DNA of 64,000 nucleotides from a virus (IMGVR_UViG_2879905790_000001:132982-196981), one strand, 5' to 3'; positions 10,856 to 20,303 are shown, counted from the stretch's first letter. Notes: generated by a model from the sequence alone, not told the origin. Numbers and translations: made by a program.

Positions 10856-10924
10856 ACTACCTCTCTCCCCCCCCTTTTTTTGTTCCATAATATAATCCTC
10901 TTACAATTACTATTCTTAATTATA

Positions 10925-11293
10925 TTATAACTCTAATAAAACTATGTTATCTGCATATTCCAATTCTATATCTCCCAAATCATCATTCCAATTAAGTAAT
11001 CCTGATTTAGAAATTCCAAATATACAATTTTCTATATAATCTTCTCCGTCATCAGTATTTAAACAAGCTTGTCCTATTATAAAAATGTTATAGTCATTTT
11101 CCTCTACTATGAAATCTTCTATAGCTAATGCAATATTATCTTGTTTTATGTAAGTACCGAATAGATTAATTGTTTTTAGTTTTTTGACTAACCCCTGAAT
11201 CATTTCCTCATTCTCTTTTTCATGCTTCTTAGCATTATTTATTATTTTTTGTTTCCACTCTATATTATTAATAGCATTTGTTTTATTTAACAT
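10925..11293 (-). CDS. Hypothetical protein, first gene of the small-gene operon
   Basis: GGGAG RBS. TTGACA-17-TATTAT promoter at ~11390-11362. Confidence 0.75.
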   Translation of the reverse strand: MLNKTNAINNIEWKQKIINNAKKHEKENEEMIQGLVKKLKTINLFGTYIKQDNIALAIEDFIVEENDYNIFIIGQACLNTDDGEDYIENCIFGISKSGLLNWNDDLGDIELEYADNIVLLEL

Positions 11294-11415
11294 ATCGACA
11301 ACTCCCTATTATAATATTTGCAAGGCTTGGATTAATTGGTTGTTTTTACCTTGCAAATATTATAATACTATTATTTGTTTAGTTTGTCAATACATTAAGC
11401 ACAATAATTTTTACA

Positions 11416-11616
11416 CTAGTCTTCATAATAAAATATATCAGTAAATTCAACCCCTAATACTTTAGCTATTTCAAATCCAAGCTCAATAGTAGTTTTATAT
11501 CTATTATTACATATATTAGATATAGTCCCTCTAGTTACTCCTACTTGCTCTGCTAACCATGTTTGCTTTAAGCCTTTTCCATCTATTATTTCTTTCAATC
11601 TATTTTTTACTGCCAT
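11416..11616 (-). CDS. XRE-family HTH regulator
   Basis: NRLKEI..KGLKQTWLAEQVGVTRGTISNI...IAKVLGV. Confidence 0.9.
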   Translation of the reverse strand: MAVKNRLKEIIDGKGLKQTWLAEQVGVTRGTISNICNNRYKTTIELGFEIAKVLGVEFTDIFYYED

Positions 11617-11743
11617 ATGTTTTTAAAACCTCCATATAGTTTTATCTGAAACTATTATAGCATACCTGTTTTTCAAATATTATTTTTATACAAAAAACCT
11701 CTAACTATCATATATTTAGAGGTTTAAAATTAATTATATACAT

Positions 11744-12124
11744 TTATTTTATTACCAAATCATAGCAATCTACTTTTTCTTTGTCATAATCAACAACAAT
11801 TCTGCAACTAAATGTACTTTTTATTTTTGCACCGAAACTATTTTGTGCGTTTACATAAGACTCGATTCGATATTCATCTTTTCCTAATTTAGTTATTTTT
11901 GCTTCATTTATACTTGCAAACTCAGCTGTAGTTGGAGATTTTAGTTCATCTTCAACATAAGATTTTGCTGTTTCATATGCTTTATACCTTTCGTCACTCT
12001 CATTACCTCTGCCTGAACTATCACTACACCCAACAAACAATCCTAAACATAAAATAAAACTTAAACATAGCAAGACCAATTTAAAAAACTTTTTCTTTTT
12101 CACAATGATACCTCCAATATACAA
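11744..12124 (-). CDS. Lipoprotein (possible superinfection exclusion)
   Basis: Basic N-terminus, hydrophobic stretch, lipobox FVGC. LKSPTTAEF and VNAQNSFGA motifs. Confidence 0.75.
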   Translation of the reverse strand: MYIGGIIVKKKKFFKLVLLCLSFILCLGLFVGCSDSSGRGNESDERYKAYETAKSYVEDELKSPTTAEFASINEAKITKLGKDEYRIESYVNAQNSFGAKIKSTFSCRIVVDYDKEKVDCYDLVIK

Positions 12125-12292
12125 ATAATTCCATATATAATTTTTAATATATGTATATTTTATACCAATTTGATAATATTGCCAACCTCGAAAAAGTTCT
12201 TTATATTTTATATATTATCAAATTATTTTATATTTGTCAAATATTATTTTGCAAATTAAAAAACTCCCAACTTTTATTAGCCAGAAGTTTTG

Positions 12293-12511
12293 TTAAATTT
12301 TACTATTAAAATATTCCTCTGAAACTTGCAATTGCTTTCTCAGTATTTCCTTCCACATATGATAATTTATTTCACCTGAGCCTCTTGATACTTTTGTTTT
12401 GAGTACTTTACCATTATCATCCTTTTTTCTGTAATAATAATGGTTAGTACTTTTATATAATTCCCAACCATCTCTATCACAAAATCTTTTTAGCTCTTTC
12501 CATTTCGGCAT
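12293..12511 (-). CDS. hicA: HicA-family toxin
   Basis: MPKWKELKRFCDRDGW...HYYY...EILRKQL dsRBD-like HicA pattern. Overlaps the upstream partner. Confidence 0.8.
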   Translation of the reverse strand: MPKWKELKRFCDRDGWELYKSTNHYYYRKKDDNGKVLKTKVSRGSGEINYHMWKEILRKQLQVSEEYFNSKI

Positions 12512-12951
12512 TTTATCATATCTCTAATTTCATCATTTTTAAAATTTTCAAATAGATTATATAAAAATTTTACTTCCTGTTTTCTTTCTTTATCTGTACC
12601 CCAATATTCAGGCTCATTCAAATAGTCTTCTACATACTCTTTTAATTCATTAATTACAGATTCAATTGCCTTTTCAAAATTATCTTCATTTACTACAATA
12701 TCAAATTCCTGTAATGATAAAGTTATACTTCCATCGTTTTCTATGTATTTCATGCAATTTAAAGAATAGTCTTTACTACATGAATTAAAATTTTTCAAAT
12801 TTCTTATATGCGATCTATTAGAGAACTTAGGCACATTAATTCTTCTAGGTATAGTTGCTTCCATGTTCTCTCCCCCATTCTTATTTAATTTGTACCATTT
12901 TGCTTTTATAGGCTTGTCCGAATTACTACTTGTCCATCTCTCTATATTCAT
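12490..12951 (-). CDS. HicB-like antitoxin (internal start 12864, fused MNIERW leader)
   Basis: ENDGSITLSL.EFDIVVN...AIESVINELKEYVEDY partial RNase-H-like HicB pattern. Upstream of hicA. Confidence 0.7.
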   Translation of the reverse strand: MNIERWTSSNSDKPIKAKWYKLNKNGGENMEATIPRRINVPKFSNRSHIRNLKNFNSCSKDYSLNCMKYIENDGSITLSLQEFDIVVNEDNFEKAIESVINELKEYVEDYLNEPEYWGTDKERKQEVKFLYNLFENFKNDEIRDMIKCRNGKS

Positions 12952-13027
12952 TATTTTACCACTCCCAGTATGAATTATCAAGATTTTACAAAATATTCAC
13001 AAGAAATATAAATAAATTTATTCTATC

Positions 13028-13180
13028 TATATATTACCATATTTTGTAATCAAGCAAATGATAATTCGTTCTAAAAATAAAGACAGAATGGCTATTAAAA
13101 ATTGTTAATTATGCTTTAAAATACAATGTTTTTTAAGAATTTTGACAAAAATAAAAACCCATAACTTTGATTCGTTAAGA
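13028..13180. repeat. ~150-bp diverged direct repeat, copy B (upstream of the HicBA operon)
   Basis: See copy A at 8295-8446. Confidence 0.85.
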
Positions 13181-13399
13181 GTTTTAGATGATATTAATAT
13201 TTTAATTAATGGTGTGCATTAGCTTCTACCTCTAATGAAGGTTAAATACTAACTCATATTAATACAGTATATTCCTGAGTATTGATAAGATTAGACACCA
13301 CACTAATCTTAGAAAATAATTTCATATACTATTGATTTATATCTGATACAATTTTATTGTTACTTTAAATCATGTAATAATCAATGGAATATTATTTTA

Positions 13400-13924
13400 T
13401 TATTCTTTAGTTACCGCAACTTGTTCTTCAGTCATATCATGTGCTAATTCAGCTATTAAATAAGATTTTATATCTGTTATATGTTGTCTAAAATAATTAT
13501 TCTTATTATCTTCAAAAGATAAAATTCTTGATAATTTATATTCCAATTCAGCTATCATTTTTTTATTTTTAATAATAACAATTTTTTCATCAAACCCAAT
13601 ATAATCCCTTTCTATATACTTTTCAGTTATAGGAATAACATCACTAATGAAAAATATTGATTTTAAGTTTGTCCTACCTACATGATAGAAACAAGACCTT
13701 ATGTCTCTTTTAGGATAGCTTAGATATTTTTCTATTCTACTTTTCGCTTTTTCGTCTCTATGATTCCAATTTCCTACTGGTATAGCCCAATATAAGCCAT
13801 TAACTTTATTTGACTCAATTAAACATATAATAGGACGTTCTTTTGAATCGTTCCATACTCCACCACATTTTCTAATTCTCTCATATATATCTTTTTTAGC
13901 GAAATACATTGCCTTTTCTTCCAT
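13400..13924 (-). CDS. cptN: Type III TA toxin, CptN family
   Basis: True start MEEKAMYF after RBS GGAGAGG. ERPIICLIES..GLYWAIP motif. Preceded by a repeat array and terminator. Confidence 0.85.
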   Translation of the reverse strand: MEEKAMYFAKKDIYERIRKCGGVWNDSKERPIICLIESNKVNGLYWAIPVGNWNHRDEKAKSRIEKYLSYPKRDIRSCFYHVGRTNLKSIFFISDVIPITEKYIERDYIGFDEKIVIIKNKKMIAELEYKLSRILSFEDNKNNYFRQHITDIKSYLIAELAHDMTEEQVAVTKE

Positions 13925-13940
13925 AATTCCCTCTCCAATG

Positions 13941-13967
13941 AAAAAGAACCTATAAAACAGGTTCTTT
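13941..13967 (-). terminator. Rho-independent terminator between antitoxin repeats and toxin
   Basis: AAAGAACCT-GTTTTAT-AGGTTCTTT followed by T residues. Confidence 0.85.
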
Positions 13968-13968
13968 C

Positions 13969-14091
13969 CAACAATGTTTCTTTGTCGCACATTGTGAAGC
14001 GTATTTGTATCAACAATGTTTCTTTGTCGCACATTGTGAAGCGTATTTGTATCAACAATGTTTCTTTGTCGCACATTGTGAAGCGTATTTG
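13969..14091 (-). ncRNA. cptI: Type III antitoxin RNA (CptI-like), ~2.9 x 42-nt tandem repeats
   Basis: Unit CAAATACGCTTCACAATGTGCGACAAAGAAACATTGTTGATA. CGC/GCG and ACAATGT/ACATTGT give an H-type pseudoknot. Confidence 0.88.
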
Positions 14092-14117
14092 ATGAACCTT
14101 AATATTGTCACACCTAT

Positions 14118-14146
14118 ATTGTAACTTAAAATTGATTAAACGTCAA
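14118..14146 (-). promoter_or_regulatory. Sigma-A promoter of the type III TA locus
   Basis: TTGACG-17 nt-TACAAT. Confidence 0.8.
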
Positions 14147-14267
14147 GGATTTTATTCTATATTTTACCAATGTTATATTAGATTCTTCTTTAAACATACA
14201 GGGTTCTAAAATTTTAATAAAATTGATATTTTAAAACACATATATACTTAAAGAAAAATAGGGGAAA

Positions 14268-14750
14268 TTATTTGATATCTATCCCCTTAGATTTCATAGC
14301 ACTTTTATAGGCTTTTTCATGTTCTTTAGTTATATGTAACCTTTCCTCTGTTTTCTCATTGAATGGTCTAGGTCTTAGATATGTGTTATTTTTCTTACCT
14401 CTATATTCGTAATAAGGCATAAACCCTCCATTCGTAACAGCTACATCTAGTCTATAATTTCTTCTATATCCATCGTCTGGTGGATTCAAAGGTGTTTCAT
14501 TGGTTAAGTTTATATCTATAGTATTACCATGTATAATTGGCTTACTTACCTTCATATTTTTCGTTGCTCCCAATCCACCTTTTTCTTCATATCTTCTTTC
14601 ATATTCCCTAGGCTCATAAACAGAATAAACTACTTCATCAATTACTTTACTTTCAACTTTTTTAATTGCTTCTTGAACTTCGTTTTCAGCAGTAAACTCA
14701 TGTGCTTGTTGAGCATATTTATATAACTCTTCTAAGCTATTGAAGTCCAT
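14268..14750 (-). CDS. HK97 gp10-like tail completion protein
   Basis: VYSVYEP..YERR..GGL and PRPF motifs. Tail module position. Confidence 0.7.
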   Translation of the reverse strand: MDFNSLEELYKYAQQAHEFTAENEVQEAIKKVESKVIDEVVYSVYEPREYERRYEEKGGLGATKNMKVSKPIIHGNTIDINLTNETPLNPPDDGYRRNYRLDVAVTNGGFMPYYEYRGKKNNTYLRPRPFNEKTEERLHITKEHEKAYKSAMKSKGIDIK

Positions 14751-15375
14751 CTTCTTTATCCTCTATTTTTTCTTCAGCTTTTATTTCTTCATTTTTCTCT
14801 TTAATACTATCTTTTTCTTTGACTTCCTTTATATCAACTACTTTATCCTCTTTTTTAGTTGGCTTTCTTTTAGTCTTAGCTTTTGGTTTAGGTGTTATAT
14901 CTTTTTTGTTTTCAATAACTATCTCAGGTATTTGAAAATCCTTATTTTCCTTTCCAAACTCATCTAATTCTTCCATTATATCATTAACAACTATTAAATC
15001 TTTTGTTGCCTTTACTTCATTACTAATTGCTTTTGCCCTTTCTATTCCAATGGTTCTAACTATCTCATTTATTTCTTCTTGGATTTCGATTACTATAGGG
15101 GAAGGATTATCTATTACTTCTTTAAATTCTTCTATATTATCAGAAAACTCTATTCCTTCAACCAAAGCTTTAAATAAATTTTGGGCAAATTGGGGGTTAT
15201 CTTCATATTTTGAATCTATTTTAACCGTATTATTTTCTATTTTAGAATATTGACCAGCTATTTTCATTATTTCTTCTTTTATTTCTTTAGTTGGATTTAA
15301 TATATTTATTTTTTCACCTTGAAACTCTAATGTTTTCTTTATCCTTGGTTGTTTTAAATCATTAAAATTTATCAC
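14737..15375 (-). CDS. Putative tail assembly chaperone
   Basis: Position between tail tube and tape measure genes. Charged tail. Confidence 0.5.
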   Translation of the reverse strand: MINFNDLKQPRIKKTLEFQGEKINILNPTKEIKEEIMKIAGQYSKIENNTVKIDSKYEDNPQFAQNLFKALVEGIEFSDNIEEFKEVIDNPSPIVIEIQEEINEIVRTIGIERAKAISNEVKATKDLIVVNDIMEELDEFGKENKDFQIPEIVIENKKDITPKPKAKTKRKPTKKEDKVVDIKEVKEKDSIKEKNEEIKAEEKIEDKEDGLQ

Positions 15376-15458
15376 TTAAAAATCACTCCTTAAAAAATAA
15401 GGAGTATAGATTTATCTCTATACTCCTTCATATTATTAAATTATTTTATTATTAATAA

Positions 15459-17243
15459 TTAAGCACTTCTATTCACAATACTAATCGCCTCCTCTTTGAT
15501 TTTTTCTTTATTAAATTCTTTAATTAATTCATAAGTTATATATTTATGAGATAATCCAAAATTATGCAAATTATAATTATTAGTTTGTTTTAAATATTGA
15601 ACCAATTCTTCTTTTATATAATCATATAATTTATTATAATATCCATACATAGTCATTATTTCTACCCATGTTTTATTATAAAATCCCACATAAGCTTTTG
15701 TTTTTATTTTTGATATTTTATTAAATTGTTTCTTAGTTAAATATCTACTATCTTGTCTTATATATTTTTCTATATTTTTAAAATTATCTATATAGTCCTG
15801 TTCTTTTAACATATATTTTTTACTATATAACACATCTCTCGAAATAACATTATTTGAAATTTGGTTTTTGCAATCATTGCAATAAATATTATATATGTGT
15901 TCTATATTAAAATTTTTTCTGCAAACTTTACAAGATATAATTTTATTATAGTTTGGGAATTTATAATCTAATATTGCTTTTGCTTGTTTTTTATCTATAT
16001 CAGTGGTTTTACATGAATTAATACTTTTTCCATTTGCAATTTTAATCAACCATTCTATTTCCCCTTTAGGAAAATTTTTATCTTTATTATCTAAGAAATA
16101 TAAAAGTTTCAAATGAATTAAACTTCCAAATTTTTGTATTGCACTAGGCAAACCTACTTTCAATTTTAATAAATTTTTAGTTTCTATTGTTTTATTCATA
16201 ACTATAAGTTTATCAAAATATTTAAAGATTATTTCTATGTTCCAATCTGTAATATCTTGTTTTGTTTTAATATTATATTTTTCAGAAAATTTTCTATAGG
16301 TTTTAAATCGTTTTAAAATTTCCATATATAAACTACATGGAATGTCATGTGTGGCAGGAAGTCTATCTCCTTCTTTATATTTTAAAACTTCTTCTAATAT
16401 CTCATCATCAGTCATTTTTACAGGACTTATTAATTTTTCATATTTAATTATTTTGAAATCTAACTTAAAATAATCTTTAAAAATATTATAGAATCCTTTT
16501 TGAATTTCCTCATAAGAACCGTTATAAACTTCAGGCTCTACAGAAATCAGTTTCATATTATATTTTTTATAAAGAGATTCTTTTATTTTTCTTGCTTTTA
16601 AATATTGCATACAAAATTTACTATTTAAATTTTTATTACCTTCTCCATAAGCCCATACCTCAACAAATAAATCAAATTTCTCAGTTTTAAATGTAAAATC
16701 GTCTCTATAATTATATTCTTTGAAAAGCTTTGTTTCTCTTTCATACCTTTTTCCTAAATTCATTTCAATAAACCAGTTTGCTAACATTAATTCCATAATA
16801 CTTTTATTATAGTCTCCTCTGTTATCAATTAAATCTTTTTTATCAAAATAATTTATTTTTTCTTTTAAACTATTAATTCCACCATATTTATCTATTTGTG
16901 TCTGTGATATTCCTAATGTGGAAGCCATTTGTTTTTTTGTAGGAAAGTGATTATATTTATCTACAAACCACTCTAATCTTTTTCTTATATTTTCAAAATT
17001 ATCATAATAATATCGTGAACCTATTGGCAAAATATTTGTCATTTCAGTATAATTAAATCCCATATCTTCTAACACATCTTCTACAAATATTTTATTAGAA
17101 TATATTAAATAATATAATTTCCTACCATCTTCGTTACCTTTTAAATTATTCAATGTTTTATACTTTTCCAAATATTTTTCAATCTTTGATTTAATTTCTT
17201 TTTGCTTTTCTAAAGGACAATCTTTAAAATCTATTTTATTCAT
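15459..17243 (-). CDS. Free-standing putative homing endonuclease
   Basis: GD..KS..E...NWF, RDDF, LFVEVW, KLISV pattern matches the intron-encoded ORF. Endonuclease-associated repeats and a CxxC...CxxC finger. Confidence 0.6.
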   Translation of the reverse strand: MNKIDFKDCPLEKQKEIKSKIEKYLEKYKTLNNLKGNEDGRKLYYLIYSNKIFVEDVLEDMGFNYTEMTNILPIGSRYYYDNFENIRKRLEWFVDKYNHFPTKKQMASTLGISQTQIDKYGGINSLKEKINYFDKKDLIDNRGDYNKSIMELMLANWFIEMNLGKRYERETKLFKEYNYRDDFTFKTEKFDLFVEVWAYGEGNKNLNSKFCMQYLKARKIKESLYKKYNMKLISVEPEVYNGSYEEIQKGFYNIFKDYFKLDFKIIKYEKLISPVKMTDDEILEEVLKYKEGDRLPATHDIPCSLYMEILKRFKTYRKFSEKYNIKTKQDITDWNIEIIFKYFDKLIVMNKTIETKNLLKLKVGLPSAIQKFGSLIHLKLLYFLDNKDKNFPKGEIEWLIKIANGKSINSCKTTDIDKKQAKAILDYKFPNYNKIISCKVCRKNFNIEHIYNIYCNDCKNQISNNVISRDVLYSKKYMLKEQDYIDNFKNIEKYIRQDSRYLTKKQFNKISKIKTKAYVGFYNKTWVEIMTMYGYYNKLYDYIKEELVQYLKQTNNYNLHNFGLSHKYITYELIKEFNKEKIKEEAISIVNRSA

Positions 17244-17393
17244 GTATGTACTCCTTTTAATATCCTTTTTTCATATTTTACAATATTTTATATTTAAAAA
17301 ACACTCTAAAATATGAGGGAGAGAAAAATATCTCATCCCTTATATTTTATTATATCAAATCACCTTATATTAATCAAATATTTTTAAATTATT

Positions 17394-18395
17394 TTATATT
17401 ATTGTGCATTCTGCTTCAATTATGTCTTTCTTAGAAGGGTCATCTTTTAATGAAACAGTTATTTTTGATGCTCCTGCTGCTACTCCTTCTAATACATTAT
17501 CTGAAGTAACTTTAATTTTTGCAGCATCGCTTGATTTTATATCAAGTCTATCTAAAGGCACTTGTACATTACCATACACTCCACCTCTTATACCTATTAC
17601 TTGAGGGATGTATTGTTCGCCTTTTCCTATTTCTATCTCTGGTTCAGTTACAGCTATTTGTTGAATTGGAATTTCTTTACCATCAACTCTCTTCATCTTA
17701 ACTATTGCATAGTCTCCATTATGATCTAATGCTTTACCAGATATTTTAGGTACAGTAACATCATCTGCTTTTAAATTAAGGTCAAAATTACCTTCAACTT
17801 TCCATTCTGGTATTTCTATTTGCATTTCTTTAGTTTGTCCACCAGCATCAAATACCTTAGCTATTAAAGTTAATTCATAAGCTACTGGATAATGTTTTGT
17901 ATCAATAGTTATAGTATCTATTACATTCTTAACTCTATAAGTACATAATATCTTAGTATCATCTTCAACAGGTGTTGTTAATGTAATAGTCTTACCTACA
18001 GGAACTACAGTTTCTATAGTTTTATTTGGTAATTCAACATAAACATTAGTTCCTGCAACTGGAACTTCATCTAATGTCACTTTTTTAGATTTTACTTTAT
18101 GTTCTTCACTATAATTCCAATATTCAGCCATTTGGTTAACTATAGGAACACCATTGTTCATAGCTATGTATTCTTCTTTAAAGTTAGCTGAACTTATTTC
18201 ACAAGATACAACTTTATTGTATGAGAATTCGTATTGTAATGCATTACCGAATCCACCTCTAACTTCTTTGTTTTGTACAGCTTGTTTTAAACCTGTATCT
18301 ATTAATGCTTTACCAATCATAACTATTTGCTTTGTTTTAATATCTCTTATAATGGCATCAGCAACGGATACAGCAAATTCCTTATTATTTTCCAT
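17394..18395 (-). CDS. Major tail tube protein with C-terminal Ig-like domain
   Basis: EVRGGFGN motif. C-terminal SSD...V....GV.AG.SKITV Big_2-like pattern. Strong RBS. Confidence 0.75.
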   Translation of the reverse strand: MENNKEFAVSVADAIIRDIKTKQIVMIGKALIDTGLKQAVQNKEVRGGFGNALQYEFSYNKVVSCEISSANFKEEYIAMNNGVPIVNQMAEYWNYSEEHKVKSKKVTLDEVPVAGTNVYVELPNKTIETVVPVGKTITLTTPVEDDTKILCTYRVKNVIDTITIDTKHYPVAYELTLIAKVFDAGGQTKEMQIEIPEWKVEGNFDLNLKADDVTVPKISGKALDHNGDYAIVKMKRVDGKEIPIQQIAVTEPEIEIGKGEQYIPQVIGIRGGVYGNVQVPLDRLDIKSSDAAKIKVTSDNVLEGVAAGASKITVSLKDDPSKKDIIEAECTII

Positions 18396-18436
18396 ACTTA
18401 TTTTCCTCCTTTTATTTTCAAATTATTTTGTATGAA

Positions 18437-19213
18437 TCACTTCACTTGTGAAGCAATTTTTTCTAATTCATTTCCATCAATTGTTACATCATCATACAAT
18501 CCTCTTTCTGGTATATGTGATGACCAATTTGGAATTTCTCCACTAGCCATACCAGTAGCTATAGCAGTACCATATACTTGATACGAAATTATTAATTCCC
18601 TTCTCTCTAATCCTTTTGTGAATTGATATATTGTTAATTCATCAATATCTTTATAAGTCAATCCTAAAGCACAATGATAACAACAAATTTGTTCTTCAAA
18701 TGTTGGTAATTTATCTTTGGTCTTGTTATACATAAATTCCCTTGCTTCTTGAATGGCTTTTTTTAATTCAGGATTTAGAATTTCATCATCGTAAGGTATT
18801 ACGTTTTGTTTAAATATTATTTTCTTTAACTTTTCAAAGTCGTTGCTTTTAAACTCTAATTCTCCATCTTTAGTTTTAAAAATTAGATGCAAACCTTTTT
18901 CATCGACATTTAAATAGAAGTCTTCTTCTGCCTTTTTATGCAGAACCAATTCTAATAAAGATATTAAATCTATTATTAATGTTTCAAAAAGAAATTTTCC
19001 TTTCTCATCCTGCATTAATTGAAGACTATATAAAAAAGTTAAATAAGACATTCTTACAATTTGTATATCTGGTATGCTATTTTTATCAAATTGTAATACA
19101 TATAAATTCTTATAAAACTCTTCACAGTCTTTTATTTGTACAGGATAAATTTCTATTCCTTTATATACTTTAGGTTTACCTCTTATATTTGTTAAATCAA
19201 TTCTTTCATTCAT
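18437..19213 (-). CDS. Tail-associated protein
   Basis: Morphogenesis operon. DIDELTIYQF motif. Confidence 0.6.
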   Translation of the reverse strand: MNERIDLTNIRGKPKVYKGIEIYPVQIKDCEEFYKNLYVLQFDKNSIPDIQIVRMSYLTFLYSLQLMQDEKGKFLFETLIIDLISLLELVLHKKAEEDFYLNVDEKGLHLIFKTKDGELEFKSNDFEKLKKIIFKQNVIPYDDEILNPELKKAIQEAREFMYNKTKDKLPTFEEQICCYHCALGLTYKDIDELTIYQFTKGLERRELIISYQVYGTAIATGMASGEIPNWSSHIPERGLYDDVTIDGNELEKIASQVK

Positions 19214-19225
19214 AATTAATCAACT

Positions 19226-19765
19226 CTACCTAATATTTTTTATTTTAAAATCACAAGTAAGTTTTATGTAGGTATCTTGGATTTTCCCACCACTAACCCC
19301 TCGCAATTTTAAACATGTTACACCTTTTTGCATCTTCTTACCATCTAGTAATTTTCTAACTTTATTTAAAATTTCTACACTTCTAGCTATTCTTTTACCA
19401 TCTACCTCTATAGCTTCCATATCCTTATGCACATATATATCTATCATAAAATAGTCAACTTCAACATAGTCGTTATAACTATCAAATCCTAAGCCTGCAA
19501 AATGAACATTTATTATATTCCTAGTTTCTTTTTGAATATCAAAAATATAATCAGTTTGATAAATGTTTTGATTACATAAATCTTCATAAACTATATCTTT
19601 TGCATAAGGATTAACATAAATCAAATTACCATCTTTATCTTTCTCATTTTGATAATATAGGAGCTTCTTTAAATCAATAGCTTCATCAGGCTCATCAGCT
19701 AACATTATTGTAACTATTTCATAAAAGATATCATTCAGATTATTGTTGCCTGAATACTTGTCCAT
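19226..19765 (-). CDS. Putative tail terminator protein
   Basis: Position and size. IDIYVH strand. Confidence 0.55.
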   Translation of the reverse strand: MDKYSGNNNLNDIFYEIVTIMLADEPDEAIDLKKLLYYQNEKDKDGNLIYVNPYAKDIVYEDLCNQNIYQTDYIFDIQKETRNIINVHFAGLGFDSYNDYVEVDYFMIDIYVHKDMEAIEVDGKRIARSVEILNKVRKLLDGKKMQKGVTCLKLRGVSGGKIQDTYIKLTCDFKIKNIR

Positions 19766-19790
19766 GTTTAAATCACATCACTTTATTAAA

Positions 19791-20303
19791 TTATTTTAAT
19801 TTAGGTTCAACTATAAATTTAATTGGATTAGTTGTAACTAAATCTATAGTTTCTACATTATTTTTCATGTAGCCTAACATTTTTTCACCACTTAATAATA
19901 CAGTGTTAAATACTTTTCTATTAGACCCTATGTCTATCATAGTTACATCATACAAATCATTTTCATAGGATAAATCTTCTTTCATCTCTGTAACTGCTTG
20001 ATATTTAGCTAACTCTGCTTTGGCTTTTTCTACAGTATCTACAGTAGTTTTATCTACTATTATTTTAATTTTACCATCAGAACCACAGCAGAATTTACCT
20101 TTGCTGTTTTCATCATCTAATGCTCCGTCTTCGATTTCTGTAATTTGAGTACCATCTTTAGTTAAAACAATAAATCCGTCAGCTAATGAGGTGTTTAATC
20201 TCATATTCTCATCAAGTTGTTTAGTCCTTATTACAGCTACATTTGTGTAGGTAGTTTTATCAAAGTTATCGAATTCTAGTTTGTCAATTAGCTTTACTGC
20301 CAT
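19791..20303 (-). CDS. Hypothetical structural protein
   Basis: AGGAGTG RBS, within the morphogenesis operon. Confidence 0.6.
   Translation of the reverse strand: MAVKLIDKLEFDNFDKTTYTNVAVIRTKQLDENMRLNTSLADGFIVLTKDGTQITEIEDGALDDENSKGKFCCGSDGKIKIIVDKTTVDTVEKAKAELAKYQAVTEMKEDLSYENDLYDVTMIDIGSNRKVFNTVLLSGEKMLGYMKNNVETIDLVTTNPIKFIVEPKLK

Noticed and set aside
13969-14091. Tandem repeats as a CRISPR array or as protein-coding repeats (ORFs 13400-14074 and 13819-14076)
   Set aside because: The units are contiguous with no spacers and no cas genes nearby. Promoter-repeats-terminator-toxin is the type III TA layout.
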